Assembly (NCBI GenBank): GCA_938091905.1
Contig: CALKOM010000062.1
Location: 1-64,000, forward strand
Reading direction: 5' to 3'
Length of the DNA: 64,000 nt
Origin: an uncultured Verrucomicrobiales bacterium
Lineage (GTDB): Bacteria; Verrucomicrobiota; Verrucomicrobiia; Verrucomicrobiales; DEV007
Both the position numbers and the translations under genes were made by a program. The notes beneath the pieces are model-generated. The model saw only the letters and a program-made list of their open reading frames with translations. It searched no databases and had not been told where the DNA came from. This document shows positions 57,867 through 64,000 of the stretch, one piece after another (position 1 is the stretch's first letter; every line of letters begins with the position of its first letter).

Positions 57867-60800
57867 ATGAAGCCCCTGAACCTTTTCTTTGCTGCCGTCT
57901 TGACGCTTGTGGTCGTGGCCCCGACCCGGGCGTCAGCAGACATTGTGATTAATGAAATCGACGCCGCGAACAGCGAGCGCAATCTTCGAAGTCACCCTGA
58001 TGGACGGTCGCGCTTGGGGTGGGGGCCGTCTTGGTCTGAGCCAACTTTTGATGCGTCGGACTGGAGTATGGGCACGTCGCCCTTTGGCTTTGACAATGAT
58101 GGGATCGAGACGGACGTTGGAGATGAAATGGATGGGCGCACGCCTTCTCTCTATCTCAGAAAGACGTTCACAGTGACCGCAGATGAGGCAGCCAAGGAGT
58201 TTCCCTTTCGCCTAACGGCAGCTGCCGATAGTGGATTTGTTGCTTTTGTCAATGGTCATGAGATTGCCCGTGGAAATCTCGGTCGATTGAACGGATTTGT
58301 CTTCCATGATCAGTCTGCGTTTTCCAGTGCAGAGAGAAACGACAAACTTAAGTATGACTCAGAAGTCATCGCCAGCGACGTGTTAGTGGCTGGTGAGAAT
58401 GTCTTGGCTGTCCAGGTGCAGAACACGGTTCCTCGACAGATCAACGAACGTGATCCCAAGCCGGATACCACGCTAAAGTTCGAAGGTTCGCTGGTGATCG
58501 GCCGTGGCATCTTTGCTGGGGAGTCGACGACGGTGATCGATCTGCCGGACAACGACTGGCAGTATCGCGTGGGTTATACAGAACCGTCGGGTGGGCTTGT
58601 TGATTGGGCTCATGCTGCGCACGCCGATGTGGAAGCAGGGTTCTCGGATTGGATTGAGCTGCATAACAATGGCGCAGCCGAAGTGGATCTCACGGGTTGG
58701 TCACTGAGCGACGACGAGGACACGCCGCAGTTGTGGTCATTTCCTGAGGGTACGAAGATTGCGGCGGACGGATACTTGCTCGTTTTGGCTGATGGAAATA
58801 CGACGGTGCCAGGCGACTACATCCATGCGAGTTTTGGGCTTGCCGGTGATGGCGAATTCCTAGGCCTTGCCGATGCGAGTGGCGAGTTTGTGAGTCAGTT
58901 TGAGGGCAGCTATCCTAGGCAAGATAGCTTTCACTCCTATGGTGTCAGCACCACGGCGGAAGGGGGCTTTGTCTACTTCGCCGAGCCAAGTCCTGGTGCA
59001 GCAAATGGCGGGGTTGAGCTGAGTGATCATGCCAAGAAGCCCAAGTTCGATATGCCTGGTGGAGTCTATGACGATACGGTGGTGGTCACTCTGACGAGCA
59101 ATACAGAAGGTGCCGAGATTCGCTACACGCTTGATGGCAGCGAACCCACGGTTGAGACCGGGCTTGTTTACACAGAGCCGTTGACGATTGAGACGATCGA
59201 TGAGCGCACGGGAACACCGATTCGCGCGCGTGCGTTCATGGAGGGGATGATTCCTTCTAACGAAAGTACTCAGACCTACCTTGTTGGTCTAGACGAGGCT
59301 TTCAAGACGATTCCGAGTGTGAGTTTCGTGGCCGATGATGGCTATGCATTCTACGCGCCCCACGGAATCACGAGCATCGAAGGCGGTAGTGGCCGCGGCA
59401 ATGATTGGAATGCCAGAGAGGCCCAAGACTATTATATGCCAGACATGCACGGGCGCCCATTTGAGCGCCGAGTGTCGATGGAGGTCATGTATCCCGAGGA
59501 TGGCACGAATGTGCAGATTGACGCTGGAATTCGGTTGGCAGCTAGTGCGTGGTCGCGTGGCCGGTTCAATCTAAATAATACGGATAGGAGTCCATGGGCG
59601 CACAGCGGGCAAGACAAGCCCTCGTTCAATATCTTCTTCCGTGGCGACTATGGAGACGACACGTTGAACTTCCCCATCGTAGAGAACTACCCGGTGAGGT
59701 CATTCCGTCAGTTGCGCATGCGGGCTGGGAAGAACGATGCACAGAATCCGTGGATCACGGATGAACTGTCACGACGTCTTACGGCCGATACAGGTCAATT
59801 TGCCTCTATTGGCGTCCAAACGGCGCTGTTCTTAAATGGTGTCTACAAAGGCTATTTCAACACGGTGGCGCGATTGCGTGAGGAACTGTTCCAAGACCTA
59901 TATGGGGATGATGCTCCTTGGCAAGTGAAGCACATCGATGTCTGGGCGGATGGTTCGCCGTTCCAAGACGATTTGCTCGCTGATACGCCCGAGTGGGATC
60001 ATTTAGAGTCTTTGTTAGAAAAAGATCTTACGGTTCAAGAGAATTATGATGCCGTGTTGCAGGAGCTAGATCCTGTAAACTTCGCAGATTACTTTATTGT
60101 AAACTGCTACGGTGCGACTTGGGATTGGCCGCATAACAATCTTGTCATTGCGCGAGCCTTGTCTGAAGAGGGGCGATGGCGTGCTTATATGTGGGATGCT
60201 GAGGGGATGTTTGGCGTCGCTGGGGGCCATGGAATCAACTACAACTCGATGACAGCGGATCTCAATAGGACCGCGCGTCCGACTCCCAGCGATGATTTAG
60301 CTACCGTGTGGCAAGCCCTGGTCACGAGCTCGGAATTCCGTCTCACCTTCGCAGACCGTTTGCAGAAACATTTCTTTACACCAGGTGGCGCGCTTACAGA
60401 GGACAACCTCACTCGGCGCGTGGATGAGTTGGAGGCGGAGATCGAGGAGTTGATGTCCTTTTCTGGCGGTGGCAATATTCGGACGTCGAGTATTCGTTCT
60501 TGGATCAGTCGCCGTGAGGACGTGCTGTTCAAGTCTGACAAGCAGTTCGAAGACGAAGATCTTTGGGGGGGCGTGCAGGTCCCAAGTTATTCGCCAAAGG
60601 GCGGCGCGGTTGATGCAGGGAAGATCATGAAGATCACTGTGGGTTCGCTATTTAATAAGCAGAATGGCGACATCTTCTACACGATCGATGGCTCAGATCC
60701 TCGTTTGCCTGGTGGTGCGACTAACCCTACGGCGATCCTCTATGATCGCGATGCAAACACAGGCCTTACGATTGATGACACCATGACAGTCAAGTCGCGC

Positions 60801-61808
60801 GTGTTCAACACCACCCTTTTCAATCCTGAAGGAGAATGGAGTGCGCTGCGCGAGGCCACTTATCGTGTGGGTCTTCAGCCAGCCACTGGCGAGAATCTCA
60901 TTATCTCTGAGCTCATGGTGGCACCGGCCAAGCCGAATGAAGCCGAAGACGCCGCAGAATTCTCGTCGTCAAACTTTGAGTTCCTCGAATTTTACAATCC
61001 ATCTAATGTCTCGGTCGACCTAGGAGAGCTGCGCTTCACTGCGGGAATCAATTATCTCTTCAAGGAAGGCGATGTTTCTACTCTGGGGCCGAAGTCTTAC
61101 GGAGTCATTGTCAACGATCGTGCCGCCTTTGCCATGCGCTATGGCGACTCCGCCAAGGTGTTAGGGGAGTTCAACAAGAAGCTCAAGAACGGTGGTGAAC
61201 ATCTCGAGATCTCAAATGGTTCTTATGAGCCGATCATCGGTGTGACCTACAGTAACGACCCACCTTGGCCTGCCAACGATGGTGAGAATCTCGGATTTTC
61301 TTTGGTCCGCACGAGCCTAGCCGCAGACATTGATTACAATGTTGCAGAGAACTGGAAGGCAAGTGCGGCGCTTGGTGGCACTCCTGGCCGTGCTGAAGGT
61401 GCAGATCCGGAGCCTTCTGATGGCTACGATACTTGGAAAGCCGAGTTCCTCGCTGGACTTGATGATGCGCCCACCGCAGATCCTGATGGCGATGGAGACA
61501 GTAATCTCGCCGAGTTTGCTTTTGGGTCCCTGCCAAATGATGCGGTGTCGACCGTGCTCATGGAAACGGCGGTGAGTGATGATTTCCTGACGCTCACACT
61601 CAATCAGCGTGAGGGAGTAGATGGTCTCAGCTACATCTTGGAGAAGTCCATGGATCTTGAAGCATGGGAAACCATTCCTGCCGCAGATCTGGTCGAAATG
61701 TCTTCTCAAAGTGCCGGTGCAGGTCTTAAGAAAGTGACGCTCCAAACCACCACGACGGTTGGCAATACTGCTGGCTACGTGCGGTGGCGGGTCGAGCTGA
61801 CTCCTTAA
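57867..61808 (+). CDS. Secreted CotH-kinase-family protein with lamin-tail and chitobiase/beta-hexosaminidase C-terminal-like domains
   Basis: IVINEI, DWIELHN, IRYTLDGSEP, DWPHNN, WDAE, IISELM. Confidence 0.85.
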   Translation: MKPLNLFFAAVLTLVVVAPTRASADIVINEIDAANSERNLRSHPDGRSRLGWGPSWSEPTFDASDWSMGTSPFGFDNDGIETDVGDEMDGRTPSLYLRKTFTVTADEAAKEFPFRLTAAADSGFVAFVNGHEIARGNLGRLNGFVFHDQSAFSSAERNDKLKYDSEVIASDVLVAGENVLAVQVQNTVPRQINERDPKPDTTLKFEGSLVIGRGIFAGESTTVIDLPDNDWQYRVGYTEPSGGLVDWAHAAHADVEAGFSDWIELHNNGAAEVDLTGWSLSDDEDTPQLWSFPEGTKIAADGYLLVLADGNTTVPGDYIHASFGLAGDGEFLGLADASGEFVSQFEGSYPRQDSFHSYGVSTTAEGGFVYFAEPSPGAANGGVELSDHAKKPKFDMPGGVYDDTVVVTLTSNTEGAEIRYTLDGSEPTVETGLVYTEPLTIETIDERTGTPIRARAFMEGMIPSNESTQTYLVGLDEAFKTIPSVSFVADDGYAFYAPHGITSIEGGSGRGNDWNAREAQDYYMPDMHGRPFERRVSMEVMYPEDGTNVQIDAGIRLAASAWSRGRFNLNNTDRSPWAHSGQDKPSFNIFFRGDYGDDTLNFPIVENYPVRSFRQLRMRAGKNDAQNPWITDELSRRLTADTGQFASIGVQTALFLNGVYKGYFNTVARLREELFQDLYGDDAPWQVKHIDVWADGSPFQDDLLADTPEWDHLESLLEKDLTVQENYDAVLQELDPVNFADYFIVNCYGATWDWPHNNLVIARALSEEGRWRAYMWDAEGMFGVAGGHGINYNSMTADLNRTARPTPSDDLATVWQALVTSSEFRLTFADRLQKHFFTPGGALTEDNLTRRVDELEAEIEELMSFSGGGNIRTSSIRSWISRREDVLFKSDKQFEDEDLWGGVQVPSYSPKGGAVDAGKIMKITVGSLFNKQNGDIFYTIDGSDPRLPGGATNPTAILYDRDANTGLTIDDTMTVKSRVFNTTLFNPEGEWSALREATYRVGLQPATGENLIISELMVAPAKPNEAEDAAEFSSSNFEFLEFYNPSNVSVDLGELRFTAGINYLFKEGDVSTLGPKSYGVIVNDRAAFAMRYGDSAKVLGEFNKKLKNGGEHLEISNGSYEPIIGVTYSNDPPWPANDGENLGFSLVRTSLAADIDYNVAENWKASAALGGTPGRAEGADPEPSDGYDTWKAEFLAGLDDAPTADPDGDGDSNLAEFAFGSLPNDAVSTVLMETAVSDDFLTLTLNQREGVDGLSYILEKSMDLEAWETIPAADLVEMSSQSAGAGLKKVTLQTTTTVGNTAGYVRWRVELTP

Positions 61809-61817
61809 GGCACTTTC

Positions 61818-63206
61818 ATGATCTTCAGAACTGCGCTCGCGTTCCTCGCCGCCGCTACCATGGCGACGGCTAAGACGAACTTTGTCCTCATCTTCTGTGA
61901 TGACCTCGGCTACGGGGATCTCAGTTGCTTCGGACATCCGACTATCCACACGCCGCACCTTGATCGCTTAGCGAACGAGGGGCAGAAGTGGACCAGCTTC
62001 TATGCGGCAGCTTCGGTCTGCACTCCCAGCAGAGCGGGTCTGATGACTGGGCGTTTGCCTATTCGCAATGGCATGTGCTCTAGCAAGCGTCGTGTGCTCT
62101 TTCCGGATTCGGCAAAGGGGCTACCCAAGAGTGAGATCACGGTGGCAGAGGCCTTGAAGGGCGCTGGTTATGCCACGGCCATGGTGGGGAAATGGCATTT
62201 GGGGCATTTGCCAGACTACCTTCCCACAGCCAACGGTTTCGAATCCTACTACGGCGTTCCTTACTCCAATGACATGGATCGGATTGCTGGCAAGGGACCC
62301 AAAGGCCGTGAAGGGCTCATGAAGCCTAAGAGTGAGTACTGGAATGTGCCGCTTATGCACAACACCGAGATCCTTGAGCGTTCGCCGAATCAAGCCTACC
62401 TCACACGCAACTACACGAATCAAGCGGTCGCCTATATTGAGGCTCAAGCGAAATCGGAGAAGCCGTTCTTCCTCTACTTGGCGCACAGCATGCCCCATGT
62501 TCCCATTTTTGCCTCGGGCGCCTTTTCTGGCACGAGCCATGCGGGCCGCTATGGAGATGTGATTGAAGAGATCGATTGGTCCGTCGGTCAGGTTGTCAAA
62601 ACTTTGCAGGCACAAGGCATTGATGAAGAAACGGTGGTCGTCTTCACCTCAGACAATGGCCCTTGGTTGCCATTCAAAACCCATGGTGGCTCAGCTGGCC
62701 ATCTGCGTGATGGCAAAGGGAGTACATGGGAAGGTGGCATGCGTGAACCTACCGTCTTCTGGGGACCCGGAATTGTCGAGACTGGTATCGTCCATGAAAT
62801 GGGCAGTGCGTTAGACATCTTCGCCACCTTCCTCGATCTTGCTGGTGTGGCATTACCGGAAGACCGAATTTATGATGGTGCTAGTCTAGCGCCCGTACTA
62901 GCCGGTCGCGGTCACTCGCCGCGCCAGGAAATGTTCTACTACCACGGCTCGGAACTCTACGCCGTCCGTAAAGGAGAATATAAGCTTCATTTCACGACCA
63001 AGACTGAGTACATCGGCCAGAAGCCCATGAAACACGAGTCACCCGTGCTCTACCATTTAGGAGAAGACCCCGGTGAGAAGTTTGATGTGGCCAAGGAGAA
63101 TCCAAAGGTAGTCGAAGCTTTGGTTCAATTGGCCGAGACCCATAAAGGCTCTTTCACGCCACCTGAAAGCCATTTGGAGGCCCGAATCCCACGCGGGGAG
63201 AACTAG
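61818..63206 (+). CDS. Arylsulfatase-family sulfatase
   Basis: DDLGYGD, CTPSRAGLMTG, GKWHLG, SDNG. Confidence 0.95.
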   Translation: MIFRTALAFLAAATMATAKTNFVLIFCDDLGYGDLSCFGHPTIHTPHLDRLANEGQKWTSFYAAASVCTPSRAGLMTGRLPIRNGMCSSKRRVLFPDSAKGLPKSEITVAEALKGAGYATAMVGKWHLGHLPDYLPTANGFESYYGVPYSNDMDRIAGKGPKGREGLMKPKSEYWNVPLMHNTEILERSPNQAYLTRNYTNQAVAYIEAQAKSEKPFFLYLAHSMPHVPIFASGAFSGTSHAGRYGDVIEEIDWSVGQVVKTLQAQGIDEETVVVFTSDNGPWLPFKTHGGSAGHLRDGKGSTWEGGMREPTVFWGPGIVETGIVHEMGSALDIFATFLDLAGVALPEDRIYDGASLAPVLAGRGHSPRQEMFYYHGSELYAVRKGEYKLHFTTKTEYIGQKPMKHESPVLYHLGEDPGEKFDVAKENPKVVEALVQLAETHKGSFTPPESHLEARIPRGEN

Positions 63207-63249
63207 AAAACCGCTCGTAAACCGCCTGAACCCGTGTTCAGTGGCGGTG

Positions 63250-64000
63250 ATGAATCGACGCAATTTCCTCCGTTCTTCCGCCGCCGGGTCCTTTCTAATC
63301 GCGAGTCAACCACAGACGCTGATGGCGCTGGCTAAGGATAACGCCTACCGCAAGAACATTGGTCTCCAGCTCTACACTCTGAGAAATGAGATTGCCAAGG
63401 ACACGGCGGGTACCCTGAAAGCCGTGGCCGAGGCAGGCTACAAACAGGGAGAGATGTATGGGTTCCCGAAGGCCGATGGTATGGTTAAGGCAGCGAAAGA
63501 TGTGGGGCTCGCCTTGAATTCGTCTCATTTCGAGTGGGACTCAGTGGTCAATCCCAAGGATGCCGGGATGTCTGATTTCATGAAGACCTTGGAAGCAGCG
63601 AAGAAAGTCGGTCTCAAGCACTTGGTCATACCCTACCTCGCGGACAAGGACCGCAAGACCGCTGACGACTACAAACGCGTGGCGGAGAATTGCAATAAGG
63701 CAGCGGTGAAAGCGAAAGAGGCGGGCATTCAGCTTGCCTATCATAACCATGCTTTTGAATTTGAGAAGAAGGAAGGCGGGGTCACCGGCTTCGATGTGTT
63801 TATTAAAGAGTTCTCACCTGACATGAAGTTTGAGGTTGACGCTTTCTGGATCAAGGTAGGTGGACAGGATCCTGGCGCTTTCATTAAAAAGCTTAAAGGG
63901 CGTGTCACCCAGGTGCACCTGAAGGATCTCAAGGAAGGCTTGACACTGCCTCACTTTGCCAGTGTCCCGAAGGATGCCTTCCAAGAGCTCGGCGACGGGA
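63250..64000 (+). CDS. Tat-exported sugar phosphate isomerase/epimerase (TIM barrel), runs off window
   Basis: Not in the ORF track; translates MNRRNFL...IGLQLYTLR...LAYHNHAFEF...FEVDAFW...VHLKD. Confidence 0.88.
   Translation, partial: MNRRNFLRSSAAGSFLIASQPQTLMALAKDNAYRKNIGLQLYTLRNEIAKDTAGTLKAVAEAGYKQGEMYGFPKADGMVKAAKDVGLALNSSHFEWDSVVNPKDAGMSDFMKTLEAAKKVGLKHLVIPYLADKDRKTADDYKRVAENCNKAAVKAKEAGIQLAYHNHAFEFEKKEGGVTGFDVFIKEFSPDMKFEVDAFWIKVGGQDPGAFIKKLKGRVTQVHLKDLKEGLTLPHFASVPKDAFQELGDG

Overview
Bacterial chromosomal window, most likely Verrucomicrobiota (Verru_Chthon cassette protein A, PVC-type heme-protein remnant, CotH/lamin-tail and LamG giant secreted proteins). (1) 1-7656 is the right end of a tyrosine-recombinase element inserted in tRNA-Arg(ACG); only the 3' tRNA half is present here. 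It carries int, a hypothetical gene, xis/HTH, a split primase + SF3-like helicase, an iteron-rich putative origin and a GNAT gene. (2) 7720-23359 is a complete nitrate uptake/assimilation cluster: nitrate reductase, fused 4Fe-4S/DmsC anchor, NirA, CysJ-like flavoprotein, NrtABCD-type ABC transporter, porin, NasS-like sensor and LysR. Three of its promoters share an exact layout, a TCAT-N7-ATGA box 40 bp upstream of a sigma54-type GG-N10-GC element. (3) 23400-26900 is decayed: ISL3 remnant, broken PVC heme-protein gene, nonsense-interrupted AraC. (4) The rest is housekeeping and secreted-protein genes (priA, BLUF, pdhABC-lpdA, MoxR, phosphoesterase, tcdA, Nramp-like, vccA, bioA, CotH, sulfatase), plus a 540-bp convergent intergenic gap with two divergent, strongly base-paired candidate ncRNAs. 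All calls are from reading motifs by eye; no searches were run.
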